From contig JAXGNL010000006.1 of NCBI GenBank assembly GCA_040768005.1, positions 9,395 through 73,394 of the forward strand: 64,000 bases of DNA, read 5' to 3'. Below are positions 11,501-25,005 of the stretch, one piece after another (within the stretch, counting starts at the first letter, position 1; the number at the start of each line of letters is the position of its first letter). The position numbers and the translations under genes are program-made. The notes under the pieces were generated by a model that ran no database searches, was not told the DNA's origin, and saw only the letters and a program-made list of their open reading frames with translations. This DNA is from Kiritimatiellia bacterium (GTDB taxonomy: Bacteria; Verrucomicrobiota; Kiritimatiellia; CAIQIC01; Lenti-01).

Positions 11501-14500
11501 GTTCGGCCGTCGGCTCGGCCGTTCAGACGGGCCTGGCGCCGGATTCGCCGCTGCCTTCGCTGGAGCACGTGCTGGATCGGTACGACCTGGAGCCGGGGGA
11601 CACGGTGCGGCTGGACACGGGCGAATACCTCCAGACGTCGCCGACGCGCCTGGGCTATCTGGACAGCGGATCGGAATCCGATCCGGTGGTGATCGAGGGC
11701 AGCAGCCTGTACCCGGGAACCGTGATCCAGAACGCCGGACTGGCTCTGGTCAGCGCCCGGGGGCTGGAGGCGCGGCGTCTCCGGATCCATACTCCGTCTC
11801 AGGGCGCGGTGCTGGCGGACATATCCTCGTCGGAGGACATTCTGTTCGAAGAAGTGGATCTGACCGGCGGGGCGGTCGGGGCGGGCATCTCCGGCAGTTC
11901 CAACGTGTGGTTCCGCCATTTTTCGGCGGTGGGGGCGACAACGAACGGCGTGGAAAGCTATGTGTCGTACGGCACGTATCTGGAGTTCGGCACGATCTGG
12001 TCGAACGGGAACGTGCAGGTGCTGTCCAGTTCCACTCCGAAAGGGGGAATCGGGACGCAGCCGGACGCCTTCGTGAGCGTCAGCAACTGCATTCTGGGGG
12101 CCTTTGGCCTTCGCAAGCCGGTGTACAACGTGCGCGGCGCGTTGCGGGCCAACTACAACAACCTGTTTCTGACCAACGGGGCGCTGGCGGCGCTGACCTA
12201 TGAGAGCGGAATCACGCGGGAACACGATTCGGTGGGGCGGTGGACGGAGGCCTCGGGCCTCGATCGTGCGAGCCTGTCGCACGTTCCGCGCTTTGCCAAT
12301 GCACCGGCCGGCGATTTCCATTTGCGCACCCAGGCGCCGGGCGGGCGCTGGGATCCGGCGGCCCAGGCCTGGACCAACGATGCCGACAGTTCGCCGCTGA
12401 TTGACGCGGGCGATCCCGGACGGGCCGTTGGCGACGAGCCGCCGCCCAACGGGGGACGGGTGAACCTGGGGCGCTACGGCCGCACGGCGGAGGCCTCGAA
12501 GACGCCGACCAACGGCACGCTGACCCTGGTGAGCTTCAACGACGGCGGGCGGGCGTCCGGAACGAATGTCTGGATTACCTGGCTGGCCCGAGGGGCCGCC
12601 ACGAACGCCGGCGTGACGGTGACCATCCGGTTTTCCGCGGACGGCGGGGCCACCTGGACCAATCTGGCGGCGGGCATTCCGGCGACGGACAGCCAGTGGG
12701 TCTGGAATTCCGAGACAGTGGACCAAACCGTGCAGGGGCTGCTGCGCATCGAAGGTTCGGACGGCAGCACGACCCAGAGCGACCAGTTCTTCTCGATCCG
12801 CAACAAGCCGTTCCGGTTTTACATCAATGACAACGACACAACCGGTGACGAGTACTGCACGCAGCCCGGCAGCAACGTCAACAGCGGCCTGACGAACTCG
12901 GCGCCGATGGCGGATCTCAACGCGCTGCTGGCGAAGTACGACCTGGAGGGAGGGGACATCGTCTTCATCGACACGGGGGTTTATGCGGGAGGAGGAACGG
13001 GCGGGTTCAACCCCTGGAGAATCACGCAGGCGGATTCCGCGGGCACCCTGGCGACCAATCCGGTGGTCATTCAGGGAAGCACCAATTTCTTCCCCAGCCG
13101 CACGGTGCTCAACCGCAATTTCCGGACGGGGGGCATTCAGGTGGATTACGCCATCGGCGTCGAACTGCGGAACATCACCGTGTCCAATGCGGCGGGATCC
13201 GCCGTGTCATTCAACAACAGTTTCGGGGTGACGGCGGAAGGGATGGCCGTCGCAGGCGGCGACACGGCATTCAGCCTGAACGCGGGAAGCCAGCTGCGGG
13301 TGGCCCGCAATGCCGTTTATGACACCGCCGTCGGCGTGGCGATCGAAAGCCAGGACATCACGATTCCCGACCGGGTGGCGCCGGTGATCGAGCACAACGT
13401 GTTGTGGGATCTGGTGAGTTCGTGCATCGCGGCCGGGGCGAACGATGCCGTGGTGCGGCACAACATCCTGTCGGCGACGGCGGGCCGCTATATTTACGAA
13501 CTAAGCAGGGCCAACGGCCTGACCGCCGATTACAACGCCATCTGGCTGTCGAACGGCGGCCGCGTATCGCGACAGACGGTGAGCCGCGATATCTCGCCCC
13601 TGCCGATCGTGTACGAAACCGTCGGGGCATGGTCGGAAGCCACCGGGCGGGACCAGCACACCTACGACGGCGACCCGCTGGTGGCCGATGCCGCCGGCCT
13701 CGACTTCCATCTGATGAGCCAGGCGCCGGAAGGCCGCTGGGATCCGGCGCTGCAGGTCTGGACCAATGACGCCGTGACCTCTCCGCTGCTGGATGCGGGC
13801 CGGACCAATGACGCCTCCTGGACCAACGAACCGTCGCCCAACGGCGGGCGGGTGAACATCGGGCTGTACGGCGGAACTTCCGAAGCCTCCCGCACCGCCA
13901 CGAACGCCGCGCTGCACCTGCTGAGTCTCAACAACGGCGGCGTGGCGTCCGGCCAGGTGGCCCTGTACTGGATGGCCTCCGGTGCGGCCACCGGGCACAC
14001 GGTGCGTCTGTCGGTCTCGACCGACGACGGAGCAGGCTGGACGGTGGTGGCCGGAGGGCTTCCCGCCGGACTGGGCGGCATCGACTGGTACAGTCCCAAT
14101 CTGCCGGTGGCCTCTTCGCCGTTTTGCCGCTGGCGGGTGGAAAGCGAGCAGGAGGCGGAGGTGGAGGCCGTCAGCGCCCAGCCGTTTGTGCTCCACAACG
14201 CGCCGATCGCCTACTATGTGAACGATGACTCGACCACCGGGGATGCGTACTGTTCAGCGCCGGGCGCTTCCACCAACACAGGCACATCGGCGGCATCGCC
14301 CAAGCGGTGGATCAAGGAAATTCTCGACACGTTCAATCTGGAGCCCGGGGATGTGATTTACGTGGATACCGGCGACTACGTCACGACCGAGCCGATTGCG
14401 TTCGGCGATCTGGACGGGGGGGAGCCCGTTCAGAGCGCGAGTCAGCAGGTCACCGTGCGCGGCAATCCGGACGGGGGGACGCTCATCATCACCACCGAGC

Positions 14501-17500
14501 CGGACCAGTCGGCGTTTGAGCTGTCGGGAACCGTGGGCGTCCGGCTGGAACATCTGGAAGTGATCGGCGCCACCAATGCGCTGTCCATCCAGGGCAGCTA
14601 TTTCATCGCGGGCGAGTGGCTGGTCCTGCGCTCCGGACAGAACGGAATCCGGGCGCTGTCCAGTTCCAACCTGGTGTTCAACCACTGCGTCCTGTCCGGG
14701 AATCAGGGGGCGGGCATCCGGTTTTCGGACAGTTCCAGGGGGATCCTCCACATGGGATCCAGCGTGCTGTGGTCAAACCGTCACGGGATTTACGTTGACC
14801 AGGGTTATGTGGTGGTGTCAAACTCGGCCTTCGGCCTGACGGCGCCGGGTTCGTACGCCTACTACATGCGGTCGGATCTGCCTTTCACGGGAATCCGCGG
14901 GGACTACAACAACCTGTATGCCGGACACGCCGAGAGCGTGATCGGCGCTTATCAAAAGGGACCGGATGCCGTGGCCCGGACCACGCTGTATTATTCGGTG
15001 TCCGGCTGGACGGCCGGCACGGGGCAGGATACGCATTCCCTGCCGCATGATCCCTTGTTCGTCAATCCAGGCGGAGGGGATTTCCATCTGCGCAGCCTGC
15101 AGGGACGCTGGCAGCCGGGGGGCGGATGGGTCGTCGATACGGAATCCTCTCCCCTGATTGATGCCGGCAATCCCCGGACCACGGCCTGGACGGCGGAAAG
15201 CGATCCCAACGGGCAGAGACTGAACATCGGGCTGTACGGCGGAACGCCCGAGGCCAGCCGGACGCCGATGGCCGGGTTCCTGACCCTGATTTCGCTGAAT
15301 GACGGCGGCAGCGCGAGCGGCACCATTGATCTGCGCTGGGCGGCGGGCGGCGCCGCCACCAACGCCACGCTGTGCCTGGAATACTCCCCGGACAACGGCA
15401 TCACGTGGAGCAACATCATTTGCGGCTGGCCGGTCAGCGAGGCCAGCTATCCGTGGAACAGCGAGCCCTACGGGGCGTCGGCCCTGGGGCGCTGGCGGGC
15501 CACCATCGACAGCCTGGGCATCCAGGTCGAGAGTCTGGCGCCTTTCCTGCTGCGCAACGGCGGACAGATCCTTTATTACGTCAATGATGCGTCCACCGCG
15601 GGGGATGTCTACTGCACGGCGCCGGGATCCGACGGCAACGACGGCCTGACCCCGGGCACTCCCAAGGCGACGCTGCAGTCCGTTCTGTCGAGCTACGACC
15701 TGGAACCGGTGGACGTGGTGCACGTGGATGCGGGCGACTACACCACGGCGACCATCACGATCGGACCGGACGATTCCGGGTGGAGCAATCAGTTCGTCAC
15801 CATCCAGGGCAGCACCAATCCGGCGGCTCCATCCCGGATGTGGGGTTCCTCGTTCCAGTTGCCGGCCGTTTTCCACCTGTCGTATGCCGAAAACGTCCGG
15901 TTGCAGGACCTGACGATCCGCAACGCGGCCGCCGGCATCCAGTTGACGGAAAGCATCGGCTGCGAGTTCGACCGGGTGCGCATTGAAAACAACCGGGGAA
16001 CGGGACTGGATGTGGAGAAGAGCACGGGAATCCGCCTGCTTCGGTCCGTGCTGTGGAAGAACCTGGACAACATGAGCGGGGCGGGGGTGGCGGTGCGCCT
16101 GCGGAATCTCAGCTCGCTGGCAATGGAAAACTGCACGGTGTGGGGGCATCCGAACTCGGTGACGTTCGGACAGGGCACGAGCCTGACGGTCACCAACAGC
16201 GTGCTGGACGCCGACGGCATCAGCGGACGAATCTACCAGTTCGACGCCTTCACCGGACCGGCCACTTCCTTCCAGGGCGATTACAACTGTTATTCGCGAA
16301 AGAACGGCGCGCTGATTGCGGACAAGCCCTATCAAACCGGCGGCAACGATCTGTACAACGATCTGCCGACCTGGGGACGGGCGTCCGGAAGCGAACAGCA
16401 CAGCATGACCCTGGAACCGGGGTTCCACAGCGAAGTCAACGGGGATTTCCATCCCCGAAGCACCCGCGGACGTTTCACGCTGACCGGCTGGGCCAACGAC
16501 CCGACAAACTCCCCGCTGATCGATGCGGGGCATCCCGCCCGGGCGGCAACCAACGAGCCGGCGCCCAACGGAGATCTGATCAACATCGGTGCCTACGGAG
16601 GAACGCCGGAGGCCTCCATGACGCAGACCAATCCGCCGTGGCTGCGGGTGGTGAGCTACAACGAGAGCGGCGAAACCCTGTCGGGCAACGCCCTGCTGTA
16701 CTGGTTGCACGGCGGCATGGAAAGCAATGCCCTGGTCCAGCTGGACTACACCACAGACCAGTGGACCTGGCATTCCATCGCCAGCAACCTCGCGGCCGGG
16801 TCGCGGCAGTACGAGTGGAACGTGAGTGAAATGCCCCTGACGGTGGGGCTGTACTGGCGCGTAGTGCTGCAGAACCAGACGAATATCTTCGACGAGTCGG
16901 ATGCGGCGGTGGCGGTCAAGACGACCAACTACACCTACTACATCAATGACGACAGCACCGTCGGGGATGTCTGGTGCAGCGGAGCGGGGAGAGACTGGGA
17001 TCCCTGGGTGACCTACGGAACCAATCCGGCCACTCCGTTGAAGAGCCTGAAAGTGCTGCTGGATCATTTGCCGGTCGGCGGCGGAGACAAGGTGTATATT
17101 GACACGGGCATTTATCCGGTTGCCAGCAGCAATGCCGTTGTTCTGGACGACCGCAACATGGGCACGGCGGCCTCTCCGCTCGAGATATTCGGCAGTCCCA
17201 ATGTGACCAACGGCGGCAGCCTGCTGCTGGGGAACGGGACCGCCAGCGGTCTGCGCATCCGCAACACCCGTCATATTCATCTGAACGACCTGCGGATCGG
17301 CCGGGCCCAGAACGGGCTGCTGCTGGAAAACGTGGCGACCATCCGGATCCGCGGCGGGGAATTCTTCCGGAATCTCACCAACGGCATCAGCACGTCGGGA
17401 AGCAGCGGACTGGAGCTGTCCAGCACGCTGATCTGGGGGAACGGCGGATTTGGTTATCAATCCACAGCTCATCTGGGGGCTCAGTCCATCGAGAACGCCA

Positions 17501-20500
17501 CGTTCTGGGGCAACCGGCTGGGGGCCGTGGAGAACAGCCTCGGCACTCTTCAGGTCCGCAACAGCATTCTGACCGTGACCAACGACGCGCCCGTCTACAG
17601 CGTGACCGGCCCCGGCGACGTGGCCGGCGATTTCAATCTGTTCTGGAATCCGGCGGGCGGACCGCTGGCCACCAATTCCGTTAACCGGGTGGCCTACGAT
17701 TATCTGAGCCAGTGGCAGGCCAAGGGCAGCGACGGACAGAGCCTTCGGGCCGATCCCCTGTTCGTGAATCCGGCCGCGACCAATTTCCATCTGCAAAGCC
17801 GGGCCGGCTATTGGAGCAACGGCAGCTGGCCGGCGTCGTCGCAGACCTCCTGGGCGATTGACGCCGGGGATCCGGCTTCGTCCGGCAAAACCAACGAATG
17901 GGCTCCGAACGGGGACCGCATCAACCTGGGCGCCTATGGCGGAACTCCGTATGCGTCAAAGAGCGATGACTCGGTGGCGGAGCTGCTGCCGGTTTCCTTC
18001 AGCGACGGGGGAGTGGCAACGGGGTACCAGCCGCTGTACTGGCTCTTCCGGGGGCTGTCGGCCACCAACACGGTGTGTGTGGAGTATTCGCCCGATGGAG
18101 GCGGCACCTGGACCAACATCCAGTGCGGTGTCGGTATCGGGACCACGAACTTCTACTGGGAAAGTTCGCTCGAGCCCACTCCGGAAGCCCTGTGGCGCCT
18201 GGTGCTGGAAGCGGATCCCGGTCTGACGGTGGCCACGACAGAGCTGTTCACGCACCGGACGAAGGCCCTGACGTACTACGTCAATGACGACAGCCAGGAC
18301 GGCGACGTGTTCACCGCGGCCATCGGCGCATCCGCCAATCTGGGATATACGAGCAACAGTCCGCTGGAATCGATTCAGCAGGTGCTGGACCGGTTCAGTC
18401 TCTCGCCGGGCGACGAGGTCAAGGTGGATACGGGCGTGTACGTGATCGACGAGCCCGTGACGTTTTCGATTCTGGAGCGCGGCAGCGCCGCGCTGCCGGT
18501 GCGCTTCCGCGGCAGCACCAATCCGGTCGCCCGCAGCCGGTTCGAGCCGGGCGCGGGCATGGATGAGGCGGCGTTCATCTTTTTTGATACGGACTATGTG
18601 GACCTGTCGGGTTTCCACGTGGTTGGATTCACCAGCGGGGTGTCCTTCGAGGGAACCGAAGGCTCCGAAGGCTGCCGGTTGCAGGATCTGGACATTCAAG
18701 GGGCGCTGGGTCCCGGGCTCTTCCTGGCCCGGGCTGGGGACATTCAGATGGAGCGGGTCCTGGTCCGGGAGGGACAGGACGACGGCGTGTACGCCAGCCA
18801 AAGCCGGTTCACGATGGATGGCTGCGTGATCTGGTCCAACCAGGGATCGGCCGTAAGCATGGGCCAGAGCGTTCAGGTGGGGCTGACCAACAGTGTGCTG
18901 GAGGCCGCGGGACTGGGGAACTACTGCTATTATTCCGCGACATCGGCCACCATCCGGGCGAATTACAACAATCTGGTCATCCAGGACGGGGCGCAGATCG
19001 CCTCCATCAACAACCGGCAGTACGCCCGGCTGCCGCAATGGTCCAGTTCGGATGTCCAGGGAAAACAGGACCGTTTTTCGCTGGGAGCCGACCCCCGGTT
19101 CCATGATCCGGCGGCCGGAGATTTTCACCTGCGAAGCCTCGAGGGCCGTTACCAGCCGGGTACGGGCTGGGTCCAGGATGTCTCCGAGACCAACCTGCCC
19201 GATTTCTCTCCGCTGATTGACATGGGGGCGCCCCAGACGGCCTGGAGCAACGAGCCGGTTCCGCATGGCGAACGCCGGAACATCGGGCTCTATGGGCACA
19301 CCTGGCAGGCCAGCCGCAGCGACACCAACGACTGGATTCAGGCCATTACCGCGTCGGACGGCGGCCTGCTGGCGGGCGGTTTCTACCTGACCTGGGGATA
19401 CAACAACGTCCGCATCCCCTCCGGCACAATCGTCCGGGTGGATTACATGGCCTTTGACGACGGCTCGGAAAACTGGATTCCGATTACGGAATCCGTTGCC
19501 ATCGGCCAGCGGCAGGTCTGGTGGCAAAGCGATCAGCTCACCGCCATCGGAACGGAGAAATTCGATTCCAGTCCGGCCGGCACTTGGCGGATCTGGCTGG
19601 ATGCGGAGAACTACGACGAAACCGACCGCTACTTCGGGTTGCGCAACAATCCGTTCAAGTATTATGTGAATGATGAGTCGCTTGCCGGCGACGTGTATGC
19701 CACGGCGGTCGGGGATGACGACAATCTGGGATTCTTCCCGGCCGGCCCCAAGCTGACCCTGCAGGCCCTTCTGGAAGATGTGGATCTGGAGGAAACCGAC
19801 CAGGTCTACATCGACACCGGCATTTACGCCATGTCGGACACCAACAAGCCGATCCGCTGGGAGGTCGGTGACGGCGGCCAGGCCGGCGGCCGGGTTCAGG
19901 TGTTCGGCAGTCCCGGCGGATCGCTGTTTGCGGCCACCAATAAGTTCAGCTCAGAAGGTTTCTTCTTCATGGAGGCCAGTCACGTGGACCTGCGGGATCT
20001 GCGCTTTGCCGGCGAATCCCTCTCGTTCAGCGGAGACGGACTGATCGTGAGCAATGTGGTGTTGACCAACCGGTTGGGGACGACGGTTTCCCTGTCGCTG
20101 CAAAGCAGCGGTTCGAGTTTCCACGACATCCAGATCGACCGCGGGGCGGTGACGCTTTCCGGGACCAGCAACCGGCTGGAGCGTCTGCGGCAGCGATGGG
20201 GCGAAACCGCCGTTACCGGGACCGACGTGGCCATGCTGAATTCGGCGATCTACACGACCAACCGGCATCGCACCGCCCTGACCGTGAACAACTCGGCGGG
20301 CGTCGCCGTGTCCAATTGCAGCATTGTGGCATCCCAGGGAACCGCGCTGGAGAAACGGGGCGGCGGCACCCTCCACCTGGGGCACAATATTCTCGTGGCG
20401 GGCGGGACAGACACCAACAGTGTGATTGTCTGGAGCGATGGACCGCTCCTGTCCGACTGGAACAATCTGCGGGCCCGCGGTTCGGCCTGGGTGGGTGTCC

Positions 20501-22746
20501 GCGAGGGCAAGTGGGAACGGCTGGCCTACTGGCAGGCGGTTTCCGGACAGGACGCCAACAGCGTTTCGTTCGAACCGGAATTCGCCTGGGAGGAGCGGGG
20601 AGATCTGCACCTGAAATCCGCCACAGGCTATTGGAACCCGCTGCTCGGGCAGTGGGAGACCAATGCGGTCCATTCGCCGCTGATCGACCTGGGCAGTCCG
20701 TGGAGCCTCGTGGGGCCGGAGCCGACGCCGAACGGCTACCGGAGGAATCTGGGTGCCTACGGAGGAACCGGGGAGGCCAGCAAGAGCCGGGAGAGCTTCT
20801 GGCTGACGGCGCTGACCGCCAATGACGGCGGAGTTTTGAAGGGCACCAACATCGTGCTTCAATGGGCCGTGTCCAACAACGCCCCGCAGACGGTCCGGCT
20901 GGACTACAGTTGGGACGGCGGCACCACCTGGAGCAACATCGTCACCGGATGGCCGGCCACCGAGCGGGTGTATACCTGGGACACCACCGGGTTCCCGGAC
21001 GGTTTCAACGGGCTGTGGAGGGTGGTGGCCGAAGACGGCTCGTGGGGGGATACGAACGACACGGCCTTTGCCTTGCGCAACTTCACCCAGGATTTCTTCG
21101 TGAACGATGCCTCGCAGGAAGGCGACATCTATACGGATGACGTGGGGAACGACGGAAACGACGGGCTGACCGCTCTGACGCCCAAGGCCACGTTGCAAGC
21201 GGTTTTGGACGCCTACGATCTGGAGGCTGGTGACCGGGTGTTCATCGATACGGGGAACTATTCCTCCGAGACGGACCTGCGGGTCATCTGGTCGCGCAGC
21301 GGGGAGCCGGGCGATCCGGTGGTGATCCAGGGCAATACCAACGGAGCCTACACTGTCATGACCCGCAGCGCCGCCACGACCAATTATCCGGCCATCGGCA
21401 TCGACGTGAAGGCGTCGGACATCGAACTGCGGGATCTGGTTCTGCGCGGCATGAACCGGGGGATTCTGCTGGAGTCCAACCGGAACGCCCTGGTGGACGG
21501 AGCCTATCTCATTGATAACCAGCTGGCCGGCGTGACGGTTCAGGGATCCCAGGGGACCATCATTCGGAAATCCGCACTCTGGCAGGGCGGATGGGGCGTC
21601 GATTTGGCCAATACCCGCACGACGCGGCTGGAAAACCTGACCTTTGCCCTGCCGGTTCTGGCCGGGATCCGCCTGAGCAACACCGTGGAGGATGTTGTGC
21701 AGAACAATGTATTCATTCCGGCGGAAGGGGCTTTCGCTTATTCGGTCGGAAGTGTCACCACGCTGCTGTCCAATGCCGAGATTGACTACAACCTGTATGA
21801 TTTCGGGAACACCAACACGGGATTCTACGCAGGATGGACCAACGATCTGCGCACCTGGCAAGTGGGGATGAATGCCGATTTCCGCAGCGCCATGACCGAC
21901 GCGGGCCTGGTCCGGACCAATGACTATCCCTGGGAAGCCGGGGATCTGCATCCGCGGTCGGAATACGGACGCTGGACCAACAGTCCGACGGGCGCGGGAT
22001 TGGTGTATGACGAGGTTGATGCCACGTCCTGGGCCGTGGATCACGGCAATCCCGACAGCGCGTGGGACCAGGAGCCGGGAGACAACGGCGGGCGGATCAA
22101 CATCGGCATGTACGGCAACAGCATTCAGGCCAGCCTGGGCAGCACCAGCACGTATTTCGACGTCCGGACACTGGATGGCGAAGTGGATCGCATCCTGCTG
22201 GACGATCCGCTGCCTTGGCCGCTGGTCTGGTCGTCCCATCTGGTGGGCGATGATGTGATGGTGCTGGTCCAGTTCAACGGCGGGGCCACCAATGCGTCGG
22301 GAGAGCTGGTCTGGACGACCCTGGCCTCCAATATCCTGGCCCGGCAGGAGTACTTCATCTGGCGGCCGGATGTGACGCATCAGACGGCAAACGGGCTCTG
22401 GCGGGTCATTGCCGAGGAGGACCCTGCGCTGGTGGATGCCAGCACCCAGCCGTTCATTGTGTCCAGTCCCGGCATCGGATTCCGCGGGCGGCCGTACCGG
22501 GTGTTCGGGCTGATGCGGTTCGACTGGGAAGGCGGCATTCCGGGCATCAACTACCGGATCGAATACTCGGACGATTTCGGCGAGACCTGGCAGGTCTGGG
22601 AAACCAAGTACAACGGGCCGGCCCAGATCAACATGAGCCAGTTCAGCATTGCGGTGCCCCAGGCCTGGTACACGTTTGAAGACCGCACGTCCTATCAGAA
22701 CCGGCAGCGGTGGTACCGGATCAGCCGGGAATCCGAGGGGGACTAG
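5586..22746 (+). CDS. Giant secreted protein (~5,700 aa) with 12 tandem right-handed beta-helix + Ig-like modules; two apparent 1-nt frameshifts near 5880-5900
   Basis: Signal peptide MKSRICLLGFIMCLAAGPMAAGA in the 5586 frame joins via WSTITNG to the 5625-aa ORF. Repeated motifs: YYVND..GD.YC, DLEPGD.VYVDTG.Y, DFHL, SPLID.G and EP.PNGGRVN.GLYGGT. Confidence 0.9.
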
Positions 22747-22751
22747 GCGGC

Positions 22752-23639
22752 ATGCGGAGATTGCCCGGGGGCTGGAGAACGGCGGCGGGAAGCGCCGCCG
22801 TTTTCCTGTTGCTGCTGGTCCCCGTCAGGCTTCCCGCCGGTGAGCGCTGGATGGAGGCGTGGAGCGCGGCGGCGCATGTTGTATTGTTTGCGGCGCTGGC
22901 CTGGCTGTGGGAGCGAAGGCATTCCGCGGTCCGGAGGGGCTGGCGGCTCTGGCTGGTGCTGGCGGCCGTTGCGGCCGGCGTGGAAGGGTTGCAGTTCTGG
23001 ACGGGGCGCTCGGTCGGATGGACCGACTGGTGGAGCGGTGCGGCCGGGGCGGCATGCGTTTGCGCCACGTGGCGGATCCGGAGCGGCGTTCGCCTGCTGG
23101 GCGTGCTGGCGCTGGCGTTTCTTCCGGCGGCTCGGGAAGCGACCTTGCAGGAACTGGAAAGACGCGATTTCCCGGTCTTGGCCGCTCCGGAATGCCGCTG
23201 GGCGGCACGGGGCTGGATGGAGAATGGCGGGCGGCTGCATCGAGAAAAGGAGGGGTTCCGCTTTCTTCCCGACAAGCCGGCCTCACCGTCGGCTTATCCC
23301 GGGGTCTTTCGCGTTCCGGCGGCACAGGACTGGCGGATGACGAAGGCGCTGGAAGCCTCCCTCTTTTGGCCGGGGGACAAGCCGGCGGTCATGGGCCTGC
23401 GGGTGGATGACCGGCCCGGGCAGCCGTCTTATCCGGAACGATTCCAGCGGGAATTCACCGTCACGCAGGGGTGGAACCGCGTGAGGATACCCGTCCGGGA
23501 ACTGGGCCGTACCCCCGGCGGCCGCCCCCTGCGCCTGGATTGCATCCGCCGCTGGGGCGTTTTCCTTGTTTCCGACAAAGCCTTTGACTATTTTCTGCTG
23601 GGTCCGGTCCGCTTGACGCTGCAGGAGGAGCTGCCATGA
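22752..23639 (+). CDS. VanZ-like membrane protein with C-terminal carbohydrate-binding-like domain
   Basis: H..LFA and E.LQ...GRS....D VanZ pattern in a hydrophobic N-half; C-half GWNRVRIP jelly-roll-like. Confidence 0.65.
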   Translation: MRRLPGGWRTAAGSAAVFLLLLVPVRLPAGERWMEAWSAAAHVVLFAALAWLWERRHSAVRRGWRLWLVLAAVAAGVEGLQFWTGRSVGWTDWWSGAAGAACVCATWRIRSGVRLLGVLALAFLPAAREATLQELERRDFPVLAAPECRWAARGWMENGGRLHREKEGFRFLPDKPASPSAYPGVFRVPAAQDWRMTKALEASLFWPGDKPAVMGLRVDDRPGQPSYPERFQREFTVTQGWNRVRIPVRELGRTPGGRPLRLDCIRRWGVFLVSDKAFDYFLLGPVRLTLQEELP

Positions 23640-24331
23640 AGAAACTATCCATTGTGATTCCGGTATACAATGAAGCCGCCACCATCCGGCGGATCGTGGA
23701 TCTGGTCCGTTCGGTGGATGTCGGCCTGGACAAGGAACTCCTGCTAGTGGACGATTGCTCCCGCGACGGAACCCGCGAGGTGCTGCAGGAGATGGCCACA
23801 GCCTTGCCGGAGGTGGAGGTGCTCTATCACGAAGTCAACCGGGGAAAAGGGGCGGCCCTGCGGACGGGTTTCGCCGCGGCCACGGGCGACATTGTTCTGA
23901 TCCAGGACGCCGACCTCGAATACGACCCCCGCGAGTACATCCGTCTGCTGGCGCCCATCCTGGAAGGGCACGCCGATGTCGTCTATGGCTCTCGGTTTCT
24001 GGGCGGAGGGGCGCACCGCGTCGTGTTCTACTGGCATTACCTGGGCAACAAACTCCTGACCACGCTGTCCAACATGACCACCAACCTGAATCTGACGGAC
24101 GAAGTCTGCTACAAGGTGTTCAAGCGCGGGATCCTTCAGGAGATTCCGCTGCGAAGAAGGCCAGTTCCGGCTTCGAGGTCAAGTGCCACTCAAAATTGCC
24201 CGCCGGAAGCTGAAAATCTACGAGGTGCCCATTTCCTACTACGGGCGGGATTATGCCGAGGGCAAGAGAATCAGGTGGAAAGACGGATTCAGCGCCCTGC
24301 GCGCATCGTGCGCTACGCCTTTTCGGACTGA
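23636..24331 (+). CDS. GT2 polyprenol-phosphate glycosyltransferase (DPM1-like), frameshifted in the 3' part
   Basis: [24 protein letters not shown] and [10 protein letters not shown]; EVPISYYGR lies in another frame. Confidence 0.85.
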   Translation: MKKLSIVIPVYNEAATIRRIVDLVRSVDVGLDKELLLVDDCSRDGTREVLQEMATALPEVEVLYHEVNRGKGAALRTGFAAATGDIVLIQDADLEYDPREYIRLLAPILEGHADVVYGSRFLGGGAHRVVFYWHYLGNKLLTTLSNMTTNLNLTDEVCYKVFKRGILQEIPLRRRPVPASRSSATQNCPPEAENLRGAHFLLRAGLCRGQENQVERRIQRPARIVRYAFSD

Positions 24332-24359
24332 CGGTGTTGGCGCCAGAGGGGCGATCCGA

Positions 24360-25003
24360 TCATTCGAGGGCCGGCCTTTTCCAGGGCATCCCGGGTGACC
24401 GCCGGGGCGGCGGAATGGGCGAGAGCTGACAAGGCGGCGCGGACATATTTGCCGATCAGGTCGGTTTCCAGATTGACGCGGTCGCCGGGCTGCAGCAGGG
24501 CAGCGCGGTCTGCTTCAGGTGTGGGGAATGACATGGACGGCCGAGTGCCGGCGCGGTCGTTCAGGTCCACCAGGGTCAGGCTGACGCCATCCACCGCCAC
24601 GGAACCCTTGGCGACCATGTCGGAGAGCAGGGCCGGGGCCACAGCCGGAGAATTGTGTCGCGTCCCGCCGGCTCGATTTTCAGCACGGATTACCGTGCCG
24701 TCCACATGGCCGCTGACGAGGTGCCCGCCCAGGGGCTCGCCCATGGCGAGAGCCCGTTCCAGATTGAGCGGAGCGCCCGGCGCCTTGTCGCGCAGCGCCG
24801 TTTTTCGAAGGTCTCCTTCAGCACGTCGAACAAAAGAGCTTCCCCTGCTGTTCGACCAGTGTGAGGCAGGCTCCGTTGACGGCAATGCTTTCGCCGTTTT
24901 GAAGGGGGGCATCGAAACGGGCCGAGAGCGCCAGCCGGCCGGCTTCGCCTTGGAAGGAAACATTCTTCAAACGACCAACCTGTTGAACCAGACCCGTGAA
25001 CAT
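24360..25003 (-). CDS. ribE: Riboflavin synthase, frameshifted
   Basis: MFTGLV start, SIAVNGACLT, NLERAL...GGHLVSGHVD, GSVAVDGVSLT and VNLETDLIGKY spread over several frames. Confidence 0.9.
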
Positions 25004-25005
25004 GG

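Noticed and set aside
5845-22380. Long minus-strand ORFs (797, 1473, 992, 523 and 809 aa) opposite the giant gene
   Set aside because: Antisense shadows of a GC-rich gene with strong codon bias; no recognisable motifs
5586-22746. Diversity-generating retroelement or recent tandem amplification in the giant gene
   Set aside because: No reverse transcriptase or near-identical TR/VR pair; modules are strongly diverged at the DNA level
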